Positions 16,481 to 26,427 of a stretch of DNA of 64,000 bases are shown here, piece by piece. The stretch is taken from the NCBI GenBank assembly GCA_963588175.1, contig CAVAGP010000002.1, positions 51,515 through 115,514 of the forward strand, given 5' to 3'. A program made the translations under genes and the position numbers. The first letter of the stretch is position 1. Each line of letters begins with the position of its first letter. This stretch comes from Faecalibacillus sp. Its GTDB lineage: Bacteria; Bacillota_I; Bacilli_A; RFN20; CAG-826. The notes beneath the pieces are model-generated. The model was not told where the DNA came from. It did not search any database and saw only the letters and a list, made by a program, of their open reading frames with translations.

Positions 16481-19400
16481 TCAGAAACGAATATTATTTT
16501 TACTCATTGACGACTTACCCGTCAATGGATTAACAAGCATCGACGTAAGCCATTTCTCCACACGCTTGTCCTTCTGCATCTCATTCATAAACTCTGAATA
16601 GTTCTGGACGTTCGGCAATGTGAATTCGATGTTGATAGGGGAGGAGATGTCGATCTGGCTGACGTTGCTCTGCAAGTCGACAGGGATAGATACCTTCGGC
16701 AGTTCTGCGACAGCATCCATCAGATCAGGAGCAAATGATACGAGCTTCTCAAAGTTTTGGTTCTGCTCTGGAGTAAGCACACGCTCTCCAGCCTTCAGTG
16801 TATTGATTGTAAAATCAGTATCGCCATTACGAGACAGGATCTTCTTTGAGTTGCCTACAACGCCGCCTGAAGCAAATCCAGTAATCTCAAACGGATCTTT
16901 ATCTGTCGGTCCGTTCTTCTCTGGATTCTTATTTGTTACAGCGTATGCAATCTTATCAGCCGCTGCGTTAATATCGCTGGACAGTGTTTTGATTCCGGTG
17001 ACAGCAGCGGACACGCTCGCAGAAATAGTTCCGTATTCAGAATCCGTTCCCCAAATCTTAGTCATTGCATCAGACATAGTATAACCAACAGAATCTGTAG
17101 CCTCTTTAATTGTTGATGATACATCGGCAGAATTAGCGTCAATGCTATTGATTAAATCATCTGCATTATCTCTGAGACTATCAATGATGTCGTCGAAGTG
17201 GTCACTCAATTCGTCCTCTAAATCACTAAGCAAGTCTTGTGCTGCGCTGATATACTGATCGTACTCCGCATCGGACAAGTCTTGCTGCGCATTCATTAAG
17301 TTTTGATTTGCTTGCTGAATACGTTGTTTTGCTTCTTCAGAGTCGTCGTACTGATATGCTTGCAATTGTTTCTGATAAGTGGTGATGTCCTTTGTGATGT
17401 CCTTGATATTTTGCTGGTAATCATAAATATCTTTTTGTGCATTTAACACATCAGAATATTTAGAAATCAATTTATCAAGCGCATCGAGTTGAGCATCGTA
17501 ACCATCCTGAACAAGATCAATCAAAGATTCTTTCTCGTCTTGGGCTGCGATGATTGCATCCTGTTGCGCTTCAACAAGCTCTTGTCTGCGGTCAAGATAA
17601 TCTTTATTTAAGCTATCGTCAGCAAATTGTTCGTCTAATTCTTTAATTGCTTCTGCATAATCCTTAGCTTGCTGAGTATAAGTCTGATAATTCTGGACAT
17701 GCAAAGCCTTGACAGCCTTGCCGTATTCCGTATCATTGCCAGTGTCTTTGTCTTGCAAGTCTTTATAAGACAACAGATCAATTAGAAAATCAGTTTCACT
17801 CGTCAGGTTTGAAATACGATCTTGTAATTCGTCGAAGCGATCCCAATTTAACTGATTAATAGATTGTTGATATTCTGCAACCGCAGCTTCACCCTCAATT
17901 AATGAAACAGTTAAATCATTAATAGCATCCAGTGCATCATAGTATTCGTCACTACCAACCGTTAAGTCGGAGAGGGAAGCCTGTAATGCATTTAATTCCT
18001 GACGCATTGATTCATTCTGCGCTAATTGAGCCTTTTGTTTTGCAGTGTAATACTTTGCAGAATCGCCATAACCAAGTGCTTGATTTTTAGATTGCTGTGC
18101 ATCAATAATAGATGCTTCATTATCATATTGCTGTTGCTGACGTTCGTAGCTCTCCTGAATATTCTGAAAGGCTTGATAAGCAAGAGCTTCTTTCTCTGCT
18201 TTGAACGACGCTTCATCAATTTTTTTCTGGGCCTCTGCTTGCAGTTTAGCCTGATAATATTGATGGTATTGCAAACATGCATTGTAGAACGATCTCCAAA
18301 CATAACCTTTTGAGTTATATTCAGCGAGCTGAGAGATCATATCATCAGTAATGTCTTCTCCGGAAGCCGCACGGCGTTTGCATTCCTGTACTAATGCTTC
18401 TACTTTTTTACGAGTAGCAGCACTAGCCGAGTTAATTGCTTTACCATACGCAGTACTCTTTGCAATTTTTTTAGCAGCAGAATTTACGCCAGAAGCCATC
18501 TCTGCAATTTCAGCATCGTCGTTGCTCAACATTGTGTCATAAAGACTAGATGCTTGCTTGAGTAGTTTATTCTTTTCCTCTAAGGTTGTAGCAACATCAG
18601 CTTGAGATTCTAATAAATCAATCTGGTCATTTGCTTCGTCATCCATTGCATCATAAATGTCTTGGATGTTTGAAATAATATCAGCATTGTTTTCAGCTTT
18701 TGCAACGTCGCGAGCAAGCTTTGCTTCGTCAAGTGCTTGCCGCTCGGCGTTGTATTTAATAATTTTAGCTGCGAGTTTGTTCGCATTCTTGGCAGAAGTT
18801 TTACCAGTTGTCTTCTTAGCATAATTTTCAATTACACTTAAATCTGAACTAGACACTTCTTTGCCGGACTTAATCGCAGCTTGAGCTGATTTAACTGCCT
18901 TCTTATATTTCTTATATTCTGACTTAGATGTACCTTTATGACGCTTTGCTTTTGATTGTTGCTTTGCAGCATTCTCAGCAGAATTTTGTGCTCTACCATA
19001 ATCCTTACGAGTCTCTTCGACGCGCGTCTTATACGCATCATTCTGCTTTTCAAGATTATCGTTTGCGTAACGCAACTGAGCAGCCTTTGCCGCAGCAGTA
19101 TAATTCTGTGTAGATGTATTGATGTCATCCAGAGAGTCGATAACATCTAATTTCGCCTGCATCTGTGCTTCATGCAATTCCTCAAGAGCATCTACGTAAT
19201 CAAGTACTTTATCCTTCAGCTCTTGAATTGCATCCGCAGCATCTAAAGATTTATCGTAGAATTCCTTATAGTCTTTAATGACCTCTTGCATTCTGTCGCC
19301 GTAGGACTTAATGTTAAGAGAACCGTCTTTAACTTGCTTACGAATTGCTTTTGCTTGCTTATTGTTGATAAGACCTTTGCTTACTGCACGATTAAGTACA

Positions 19401-22400
19401 GAATCTGCTTTGTCTTTATATCGACCTTGAACGGTAGTCTCTCTGCCAATCTGTCCGATTGTATAAGAGATGCCTTTACGATATAAATTCTCAGAACGTT
19501 GCCAACGTTGCTGATTCATTGCTGATTCAGCTTTTGTAATTACGTTGTCTATTTTACGTTCTACACGGTCTAAACGAATCTCAATCCAGTCGAAGAACTT
19601 ACCAAACCACTCTTGAAAGTTTGATAAGACTTTATCTTCTCCAGAACCAGAAGCAAACGACATACCTCCGACAGTACCGTTAGCGTGAGATGCGCCGATG
19701 AATTTGCCGTAAGAAGATGCTTTGCCAGAGTTTAAAAGGTCACGAGTCTGTGCTGCATTAAAGACAATATCGTCTTTTTGCAGATCTGCAAATCCGGGCT
19801 TGCCTCCGTTATGAATAAACCAACGACCTTTTCTGGAAATAATCTCCGGGCCGACCTCATTGACGAGAGCACGTCCGCTCTTACCGACGCTCCAGTCCCC
19901 GCTTGCTTTTGCTGGTCCGCCAATTTTTGTTGAACTTTCAGAAAATGCAGTTCCAGTAGCAGGACTAGTACCGTCGCCACCTATAAAACGTTTTACGTAG
20001 TTTACGATAGTCGTCATAGGAGAAGGAGCTTCTTGACTACCCTTGGTGTAATTAACCTCAGTATTCTTTGGGTCCGGCGTTTGTTGCAAACCTAGATTAT
20101 AATCTACTTTTGTATCTTTTGGATCAGGATTAATTTGGTTTCCTTTAGTATAATCTACCGGGGTGGTTTTGCGAGAAGGGCTTTCCTGAGATCCTTTAAT
20201 GTAATCCATTAAGGCATTCATAGCGTCAGGATTGTCCTGATTAGCTTTTATATAACTCAGTAAAGCATTCATAGCCACTGGATCATCTTGATGCTCGATG
20301 ACATAATTCATCAATGCTTCTTGATCTTCAGGATCTTCTTGGCTTTGAACAGCATAATCGAGCAAAGCTTGTTCTTCTTCAGGAAGTTCTTGGCTAGCTA
20401 TTTCGTAATTAACTTTGACAGTTTCATCTGTTTCGGAAGTTTTTTTATTACTTTGTCTACAACCACTAGAAGGATCATCTTTAGAGGTTTTAGCCTTGTA
20501 CTTTTTTGTGCCCTCTTCAAAAGAATCATCAGAAACATCGTCTTTATCTTTGTTTTGACGTTTACGTTTATTCTTTGAATACTTTCGCTTAGAAGTGTCG
20601 CCGCCAAGTTTCTTAATATAATTGTCCGCGTCTTCACTTAATGATATGAGTTCTGCGAAAAGACCGTCTTTCTTAGCTTCTTTTTTCCATTGAGCAACAG
20701 ATTTACCACTCTTCTTAGCAGCCGCAAAACTATCTTGCACCGCAAGCTCTGCTTCTTGAATCTTGCGTTTATATTGCTGAATATCTGTTATCTGGTCATC
20801 AGATAAAGTATTAATATTCTTTCCCATAAAATCGCTAAGATTTTCAGCAACGTTGCGAGAATTAACATAAGAATCATTAACCCAGCTCTTATACTTACCA
20901 TTCTTAGTTTTGAATGAGTTGTGATCTCCGCTTTCCATCGTCGAGAGATCTCTCTCATTGGTAGAGATATATTCCGCAAGAGTTTCGTGGGAATCATTAC
21001 CATTGTCAATAAGGTTTTTTAATCTAACCCTCTCTGCGCGAATTTGTGCTTCGTCTAATTCGGCTTTAATCTTGACTGCAATTTCCGGATCGAACTTTGA
21101 AAGGTCTCCATCAAGACCATCAAGATACTTTTCAAACTCATCAATATCATTCGACAAAGCGTCTCTAGTATCAGAGTCTTCGATGCCATCTCTTGCGGTT
21201 TTCAATTTATCCAAATTAGAAGATGCTTCATCATAAGCTTTTGCTACACTCTGAATGTTTTTAATTTTGAAACTGCCGTACTTGGTGATGTCATAATCGC
21301 CGAGACGACCCATAATAGCTTCAACAGAGCGGACCGAGATGCCGAGCTGATCAGCAACTTCTGCGGTATTTTTAAACTCTTTACCAGAGGAAGCTAAATC
21401 GCTTACAAAGTTATTTATACCAGACTTGGTGTACTCACCATCGTCGTTGGTTGTGAAATATCTCTGAAGTTTTTCATAGTTATCAGCAAAGTCACGCTTG
21501 TATTTTTTACCGTCAGGATCAATGAATTTAGCAATGGTCTTGAAGTCGTCTGTGCCAACAAGACCTTTGTCATACAAATCCTTTCCTGATTTCAGATAGT
21601 TACCAAGGTTCTCAAAGTCAGCACCTTCATTTGCTGATTCAGCGGCTTTTGCAATGCCTTCTAAGGTGCCATCTACTTCTTTGGCTTTTTTCTGAGCTTT
21701 AGTAGCAGACTCAGATAAATCATCAAAATACCGATTAAGATTCTCTACATTTTCAACACCAAGATCATCTAATGAAATACCAAGAGCGGCAACTACATCA
21801 GAAGCTTTCTTGCCGCTCTCAGCCATCTTGTCTAATATTGTACTTTGCAACTGTGAACGTGAATCCGTGCCGTTATTAAAGAAGCTTTGTAAAGTTTTTA
21901 GATCTTTCTGAAGAGGAGTGGCATTAGATGTATCGCTTTCATATTTAAGAAGAGCAGCATTCGCTGCATCAAATGCTTTTTGGTAATCATCATTCCAGTA
22001 AGTTGAACCAATGCCCTTAGCAAGTTCATCTCTCGCTGTCTGAATGTCGGCAGCTTCTGTTGCGGCTTCAGCTTTTAAATCAGAAAGTTTTTGCTTCTGA
22101 TCGGAAATCCGTTTGTCTAAGTCATCAGTGTTTTCGCCTTTGTCTTGGAGCTTCTGCCTTTCGTTTTCCAACTTCGTAAGATCTTTTTCTGCTAACTTCA
22201 TCTTTTTGAGATTAGCAGTCAGATCTTCAATAACATCTCTACGACCTGAGAATGATCCGCCATTAGCACCAGTAATCTTTTCACCGGAGATTGCTGCACT
22301 TTCATTATGATAAACCTTTGAGTCATCCGTTAAAAGCTCATAATTCTCGTCAACAGTATCTTTTAAATCTGCTTTTGCTTGAGCTTCTAATAATGTCTTC

Positions 22401-23140
22401 TTTCTCTCAAGTTCAGCATTTTGTTGCTTTAACGTTTGGAGTTCAGCCTCATCAGTCATACTAAGACGACCGTTTGCAGATAACTTTTGCAATTCTTCTA
22501 TACGAGATTGCGTAGTTGATAACTCATCATTCACAGAACTCAAATCAGATTGCGTGCTTGCATACGTAGACGCAGCGTCTTGAGCCGCCTGTTTGTTGTT
22601 GTCATACTCATGTAGTTTATCCGAAATAGCACCAATAGCAATTCCAATTGCAGCCATTGCAGCCATCTGCGGTAAGACAGAGACTAAGGTGGCTTTTAAT
22701 CCAGATAAGACAGTTCCAAAGGTGCTAAAAGATGTAGATACTTTTCCAGAAGAAACATTTTGAAATTGCTTTTCAGCTTTCGCAAGTTCCTTCGAGGCTT
22801 GGATTCGGTTTTGTCGTGCCGCATTATATTTCTCAGTAGCCTTAGCTTGTTCTTCAATGGAGGACGTAGGAGATTGAAGAATGTTACGTAAATTATTTTC
22901 GGCACTAGTCAAATCCTTGGCTGCCTTAGCGCTCTGGCTCCTTGCTCCATCAAGATTAGTCTGCGCTTTGGTTAAAGCATCTTGAACGATAAGTTGATTC
23001 TTTTGTGCATCTGTTAAAGAACTGCTTTCAACCACAACTTTCTTTTGTGAGTCTGAAAGTCCATCCAAACTTTTTCGGACGATATCAATATTTTTCTCGC
23101 CTTTGATGCTTTTTATTGCTTCTCCAGTTGTTTTTAGTGA
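16481..23140 (-). CDS. Tape measure protein, exon 4 (C-terminal 2219 codons)
   Basis: 2220-aa ORF-track ORF that begins only with an in-frame TTG, with no SD and no ATG for about 155 codons. Long coiled-coil, Ala/Lys/Gln-rich sequence with a hydrophobic segment (VLPQMAAMAAIGIAIGAI), typical of TMPs. The in-frame join to exon 3 is proposed at 30574|23140. Confidence 0.7.
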   Translation of the reverse strand, partial: SLKTTGEAIKSIKGEKNIDIVRKSLDGLSDSQKKVVVESSSLTDAQKNQLIVQDALTKAQTNLDGARSQSAKAAKDLTSAENNLRNILQSPTSSIEEQAKATEKYNAARQNRIQASKELAKAEKQFQNVSSGKVSTSFSTFGTVLSGLKATLVSVLPQMAAMAAIGIAIGAISDKLHEYDNNKQAAQDAASTYASTQSDLSSVNDELSTTQSRIEELQKLSANGRLSMTDEAELQTLKQQNAELERKKTLLEAQAKADLKDTVDENYELLTDDSKVYHNESAAISGEKITGANGGSFSGRRDVIEDLTANLKKMKLAEKDLTKLENERQKLQDKGENTDDLDKRISDQKQKLSDLKAEAATEAADIQTARDELAKGIGSTYWNDDYQKAFDAANAALLKYESDTSNATPLQKDLKTLQSFFNNGTDSRSQLQSTILDKMAESGKKASDVVAALGISLDDLGVENVENLNRYFDDLSESATKAQKKAKEVDGTLEGIAKAAESANEGADFENLGNYLKSGKDLYDKGLVGTDDFKTIAKFIDPDGKKYKRDFADNYEKLQRYFTTNDDGEYTKSGINNFVSDLASSGKEFKNTAEVADQLGISVRSVEAIMGRLGDYDITKYGSFKIKNIQSVAKAYDEASSNLDKLKTARDGIEDSDTRDALSNDIDEFEKYLDGLDGDLSKFDPEIAVKIKAELDEAQIRAERVRLKNLIDNGNDSHETLAEYISTNERDLSTMESGDHNSFKTKNGKYKSWVNDSYVNSRNVAENLSDFMGKNINTLSDDQITDIQQYKRKIQEAELAVQDSFAAAKKSGKSVAQWKKEAKKDGLFAELISLSEDADNYIKKLGGDTSKRKYSKNKRKRQNKDKDDVSDDSFEEGTKKYKAKTSKDDPSSGCRQSNKKTSETDETVKVNYEIASQELPEEEQALLDYAVQSQEDPEDQEALMNYVIEHQDDPVAMNALLSYIKANQDNPDAMNALMDYIKGSQESPSRKTTPVDYTKGNQINPDPKDTKVDYNLGLQQTPDPKNTEVNYTKGSQEAPSPMTTIVNYVKRFIGGDGTSPATGTAFSESSTKIGGPAKASGDWSVGKSGRALVNEVGPEIISRKGRWFIHNGGKPGFADLQKDDIVFNAAQTRDLLNSGKASSYGKFIGASHANGTVGGMSFASGSGEDKVLSNFQEWFGKFFDWIEIRLDRVERKIDNVITKAESAMNQQRWQRSENLYRKGISYTIGQIGRETTVQGRYKDKADSVLNRAVSKGLINNKQAKAIRKQVKDGSLNIKSYGDRMQEVIKDYKEFYDKSLDAADAIQELKDKVLDYVDALEELHEAQMQAKLDVIDSLDDINTSTQNYTAAAKAAQLRYANDNLEKQNDAYKTRVEETRKDYGRAQNSAENAAKQQSKAKRHKGTSKSEYKKYKKAVKSAQAAIKSGKEVSSSDLSVIENYAKKTTGKTSAKNANKLAAKIIKYNAERQALDEAKLARDVAKAENNADIISNIQDIYDAMDDEANDQIDLLESQADVATTLEEKNKLLKQASSLYDTMLSNDDAEIAEMASGVNSAAKKIAKSTAYGKAINSASAATRKKVEALVQECKRRAASGEDITDDMISQLAEYNSKGYVWRSFYNACLQYHQYYQAKLQAEAQKKIDEASFKAEKEALAYQAFQNIQESYERQQQQYDNEASIIDAQQSKNQALGYGDSAKYYTAKQKAQLAQNESMRQELNALQASLSDLTVGSDEYYDALDAINDLTVSLIEGEAAVAEYQQSINQLNWDRFDELQDRISNLTSETDFLIDLLSYKDLQDKDTGNDTEYGKAVKALHVQNYQTYTQQAKDYAEAIKELDEQFADDSLNKDYLDRRQELVEAQQDAIIAAQDEKESLIDLVQDGYDAQLDALDKLISKYSDVLNAQKDIYDYQQNIKDITKDITTYQKQLQAYQYDDSEEAKQRIQQANQNLMNAQQDLSDAEYDQYISAAQDLLSDLEDELSDHFDDIIDSLRDNADDLINSIDANSADVSSTIKEATDSVGYTMSDAMTKIWGTDSEYGTISASVSAAVTGIKTLSSDINAAADKIAYAVTNKNPEKNGPTDKDPFEITGFASGGVVGNSKKILSRNGDTDFTINTLKAGERVLTPEQNQNFEKLVSFAPDLMDAVAELPKVSIPVDLQSNVSQIDISSPINIEFTLPNVQNYSEFMNEMQKDKRVEKWLTSMLVNPLTGKSSMSKNNIRF

Positions 23141-23156
23141 CAAAATGTGATATATT
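23128..23156 (+). promoter_or_regulatory. Candidate promoter of zinc-ribbon gene (straddles the TMP exon 4 boundary)
   Basis: TTGTTT (23128..23133), 17 nt, TATATT (23151..23156) with an upstream TG (extended -10). Confidence 0.4.
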
Positions 23157-23176
23157 ATATAAAGGAGGAAAACAAT

Positions 23177-23662
23177 ATGAGAAAAATAATTTGCAAAGAT
23201 TGTAATGAAGAATATGACGTAAATGACAGCAAATGCAACAAATGCGGCTGTTTAACATCAGACACAAAAGAATATTATAAAATTAAGTATTCGGAGAGTT
23301 TTGAATATGTATTTGATATGTGTCCTGTCATATGCGAGTGTAATAAAAACTATAGTGACCAGAATATATACATTAGAGATGATGCGATATATACCTATTG
23401 TCCAATTTGTCAAAATGATCGCGTAATTGCACCATTAGACCTCGAAAGAGCCAAACGTTTTAACGATGTGCGAAGAAAAGGTTTTTATATGGCAGAACAA
23501 GAATCTCAAAACAAATGCGTTCCACATTGTCCAACATGCGGTTCAACCAACATAAAAAAGCTTAGTACAACCAAACGTATTACTCACGGTGCGATGTTTG
23601 GATTGTTCAGTAAAACCGCTCGTTCTCAGTGGGAATGTAAGAATTGCGGTAATAAATGGTGA
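23177..23662 (+). CDS. Multi-zinc-ribbon protein (unknown function)
   Basis: Start moved to ATG 23177 (AAAGGAGG SD). Four CxxC pairs: CKDCN...CNKCGC, CPICQ, CPTCGS...CKNCGNKW. It is the only plus-strand protein gene in the island. Confidence 0.6.
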   Translation: MRKIICKDCNEEYDVNDSKCNKCGCLTSDTKEYYKIKYSESFEYVFDMCPVICECNKNYSDQNIYIRDDAIYTYCPICQNDRVIAPLDLERAKRFNDVRRKGFYMAEQESQNKCVPHCPTCGSTNIKKLSTTKRITHGAMFGLFSKTARSQWECKNCGNKW

Positions 23663-24133
23663 GAAAAAGCGACTGTAAATACAGTCGCTTTTTATATGTA
23701 GAAATAAAAGAGTATTCAATGTTGCAATTTCAGATTTAGACATATGAACAATTTTGTTTGGATGTATCGAATTTAATGAATGGTATATCTTATATTCCAT
23801 CAAAATATTCTGTAATTTTTCCAAAGATAATTTATCTATGGTTCTTCTGTAATTTAATAATTCCTCACATAGTTCGACTGTAAAAGTATTATTAAGTTGA
23901 AGATAACTATCCTTTTGAATGACAGTTTCAATAGGATCATCTGAATAAACCACGATATTGCTCCGGAATGCAGCCTGATATTCTTTGCCTTGTAACGAAT
24001 CCATATGTGCAATTTCAATGTAATCATCATTAATCGCTACTATTAAACAAGGATGTTCTTTATCAGCAACTACACCATCATTATTAAAACGTACTCGCAA
24101 CCAAAGTACTTGTCCAATCTCTAAATCTTTCAT
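23543..24133 (-). CDS. MazF/PemK-like (SH3-barrel) toxin candidate partnered with Panacea-like gene 1
   Basis: N-terminus GQVLWLRVRFNNDGVVADKEHPCLIVAINDDYIEI resembles the MazF/PemK G.i..v.f.......K.RP.lVv block. ATGA overlap with the upstream gene. The ORF runs through the 23664..23693 terminator and 120 nt into the convergent gene. Confidence 0.4.
   Translation of the reverse strand: MKDLEIGQVLWLRVRFNNDGVVADKEHPCLIVAINDDYIEIAHMDSLQGKEYQAAFRSNIVVYSDDPIETVIQKDSYLQLNNTFTVELCEELLNYRRTIDKLSLEKLQNILMEYKIYHSLNSIHPNKIVHMSKSEIATLNTLLFLHIKSDCIYSRFFSPFITAILTFPLRTSGFTEQSKHRTVSNTFGCTKLFYVG
23664..23693. terminator. Bidirectional intrinsic terminator
   Basis: A5-AGCGACTG-taaata-CAGTCGCT-T5 (stem 23668..23675 / 23682..23689). 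Confidence 0.65.
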
Positions 24134-24624
24134 AAGTCAATTCTGTCTATAACCTTTAACATATCGGAATACTGTTCGACATATTCCTTATGATGTCCTT
24201 CGGTGTCCATTTTCTGTTCTGCTCCAGTACAATTTCGTTTCTCTTGCCAAGCAGAATCTTCATGAGAAAGTTCGATTAATTCTTCTAATGAAGCATTTTG
24301 CAGAACATAAAAAATCTTGTCTAAAAAACAACGGACAGAATTATCTGCTTCGGTAAAAGATTTTGAGTTTGAAAGCAAGGAAGAATAGTTTCGATAGACA
24401 TCGTTTACTACTGCTCCATTAGCATAAGCAAGCAAAGGGTCTGCAAATAAAAGATTACCAGTCTTAGCGTAGAAAAGGTTTTGCGAAATGTGTAAATATT
24501 TATTCAGCCTAGCATTGCCAGAATAAAAATTATGGCCATTCCGACATGTTAAATCTGTAGTGAAAATATTATGATTAGGATCTTTTGAAAGATAATACAA
24601 AGCAATATCTCTTGCAGAATACAT
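24130..24624 (-). CDS. Divergent Panacea (DUF4065/SocA-like) antitoxin-domain protein 1
   Basis: Start moved to ATG 24624 (AAAAGGAGG SD). MYSARDIALYYLSK...LNKYLHISQNLFYAKTGNLLFADPLLAYANGAVVNDVY is weakly DUF4065-like. Own promoter TTGACA (24796..24791), 17 nt, CATAAT (24773..24768). Confidence 0.45.
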   Translation of the reverse strand: MYSARDIALYYLSKDPNHNIFTTDLTCRNGHNFYSGNARLNKYLHISQNLFYAKTGNLLFADPLLAYANGAVVNDVYRNYSSLLSNSKSFTEADNSVRCFLDKIFYVLQNASLEELIELSHEDSAWQEKRNCTGAEQKMDTEGHHKEYVEQYSDMLKVIDRIDL

Positions 24625-24809
24625 AACAAAACCTCCTTTTCTATATGAAAATGGCTCCATAAAAGTAAGAATGGGGATAGTTTTCACTAGCCCCACCCGT
24701 CATCTTCACTCGGTTATTTTTTGTTTACCGACGAGTCGGAACCGTCACTCGTCATCTTCTTTACTATATTATGAAGCAAAATATGTTAAATGTCAATAGG
24801 AATTTTTTA

Positions 24810-25298
24810 TTATGTAGAATTATCTGTAGTCTGAGTCAGTTGAGATTCAATAGCAGACACATCAGGAAATATAATTTTTACGCCTTTACGATGAAGAACT
24901 AATACTCTTTGAGCTTTAGCCAATAACTTTGCTTCAGCAACTTCGTCCAAACGAACAGATTTGCCATGATTAAAATATTCATCATTAACATAATCTTCTG
25001 TTACTGGACACATATTTTGAATCAAGAATGCCTTTTTATATCCGAGAACATATGCAAAGAAAATAGTATCACAACGATGATGTCTTTTCATCTTTTGATT
25101 ATAAATTCTTTTGAATTTACTTACCTGAGAAGAAAATGGAATCATCCAATATAAGCCAGTAGTTGGATCTTGAAAGGCATAATAACAAGCTCTTCCGTGC
25201 GGCTGACCGTTTTGTTCTTCTTTGTTTTGCATCAAACAAGGATCAGAAAAAGTAGAAAAATATTGGTCTTTGAGAAAATAAAAATGTCCAGTTTTCAA
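24810..25298 (-). CDS. ToxN/AbiQ-family type III toxin (endoribonuclease) candidate
   Basis: FYFLKDQYFSTFSDPCLMQNK...GLYWMIPFSSQVSKFKRIY...AFLIQNMCPV resembles ToxN/AbiQ blocks. Preferred start is TTG 25298 (GAGG SD 7 nt upstream); an alternative ATG lies at 25328. Preceded by tandem RNA-type repeats. Confidence 0.65.
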   Translation of the reverse strand: MKTGHFYFLKDQYFSTFSDPCLMQNKEEQNGQPHGRACYYAFQDPTTGLYWMIPFSSQVSKFKRIYNQKMKRHHRCDTIFFAYVLGYKKAFLIQNMCPVTEDYVNDEYFNHGKSVRLDEVAEAKLLAKAQRVLVLHRKGVKIIFPDVSAIESQLTQTTDNST

Positions 25299-25347
25299 AA
25301 TAAATACCTCATATGAAAATAGCTCCATTCGATAAAGAACGGAGCTA

Positions 25348-25450
25348 CAAGATTTGAACTCGACCTTCTTTGAGTTGCGTATCGAGAAGCAACAGACATT
25401 TGGACTCGACCTTCTTTGAGTTGCGTATCGAGAAGCAACAGACATTTGAA
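25348..25450 (-). ncRNA. ToxI/antiQ-like repeat RNA (type III antitoxin candidate): 2 full 46-nt repeats plus a partial one
   Basis: Units at 25359..25404 and 25405..25450 (ctcgaccttctttgagttgcgtatcgagaagcaacagacatttg[g/a]a), plus a partial copy at 25348..25358. Directly upstream of the ToxN-like ORF on the same strand. Confidence 0.65.
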
Positions 25451-25467
25451 ATCTTTTCTGTATCAAT

Positions 25468-25496
25468 AGTATATGCTATATCTTCAGAAAAATCAA
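25468..25496 (-). promoter_or_regulatory. Promoter of the type III module
   Basis: TTGATT (25496..25491), 17 nt, TATACT (25473..25468). Confidence 0.5.
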
Positions 25497-25539
25497 TATT
25501 CTATGGGTAAAAATTGAACATTTTTATTATGTAAGTTAT

Positions 25540-26427
25540 TTATTTGCCATCATCAATACTGGAGATATTTCCTGATCCATTAGCAACTTCGTCTACAAGC
25601 CGATATTGATGATTGCCAATATTAATTTTTTCTGGAAAAGACATTTTCGAAACACCAAGAGAGATAATTGTAATCACAGCCACAAAAGCTAAAACTCCTA
25701 TACTGGCTATAATTTTAGCATTCCACTTTCTCTTCCCATTTTTGTCTCGAATAACTTTGTCGTTAATTTCTCTCAAAAAATCTATTAGGATCGACACCAA
25801 AAGGACAAAAACTAATCCAATTACGATAGCAATAACCACGAGATCTAATGTTTTGGCTTTGCCAAGATTGTTTAAGACAGAAGTCGAAAAGGTAAATGCT
25901 CCTACAAAAGCTAACATAATAGAAGCAAAGATTCCCAAGATTGTGATATACTCCTTTTCTACGCCCTTAATCTCATTATGAAGGTCTACTTTCGCATCTA
26001 CAATTCGCTGTGCAAAAATGTCATTCATATTTTCGATTTGGTAATTGACCAATTGCGTATGGTCGTATATTTTTGTAACTATTTTTACAACATCATCATT
26101 AATACTATCTTCTTTGCTCAGAGAATAAATAAGCAGATTCTCAACATTTGTAAGAAAGATAGCTCTTTTGTCCGGCTCTAAATTAAACAAATAATTACTA
26201 ATTTCAGAATATGGAATCCTAGCTATTTTATCTTTTGTATTCACATAGAGATCAATCTGCTTAATTGTTTTCTCTGGACGATATTTTTTCGTTTCGATTG
26301 TTAGACAGTAGCAAATACTATTTATCCTTCGTTTGGTTGTATTATACTTCTTAGAATCAGTACTAAGAAATTCGTCAGAAGAATCATCTACTTGTTGAAG
26401 TGAATCAAGAGGATTTGTGTCAAGCAT
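25540..26427 (-). CDS. Membrane protein, toxin/effector candidate partnered with Panacea gene 2
   Basis: 295 aa. A soluble N-terminal ~165 aa is followed by three hydrophobic helices (ILGIFASIMLAFVGAFTF, LVVIAIVIGLVFVLLVSILI, IIASIGVLAFVAVITIISL). 8-nt overlap with the upstream antitoxin-like gene. Confidence 0.5.
   Translation of the reverse strand: MLDTNPLDSLQQVDDSSDEFLSTDSKKYNTTKRRINSICYCLTIETKKYRPEKTIKQIDLYVNTKDKIARIPYSEISNYLFNLEPDKRAIFLTNVENLLIYSLSKEDSINDDVVKIVTKIYDHTQLVNYQIENMNDIFAQRIVDAKVDLHNEIKGVEKEYITILGIFASIMLAFVGAFTFSTSVLNNLGKAKTLDLVVIAIVIGLVFVLLVSILIDFLREINDKVIRDKNGKRKWNAKIIASIGVLAFVAVITIISLGVSKMSFPEKINIGNHQYRLVDEVANGSGNISSIDDGK

Noticed and set aside
16620-23140. Many 60-155-aa ORFs on both strands inside the TMP exon 4 (for example 16620..17084 +, 18022..18303 -, 20288..20578 +).
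   Set aside because: They are shadow ORFs inside a long, compositionally biased coding region. They have no SD or promoter, and their sequences are low-complexity.
25299-25466. N-terminal 56 codons of ORF-track ORF 24810..25466 (MIQKRFQMSVASRYATQRRSS...).
   Set aside because: This part is a translation of the 46-nt tandem repeats and their spacer, so the peptide itself repeats. A start with an SD lies downstream at 25298. The repeats fit a type III antitoxin RNA.
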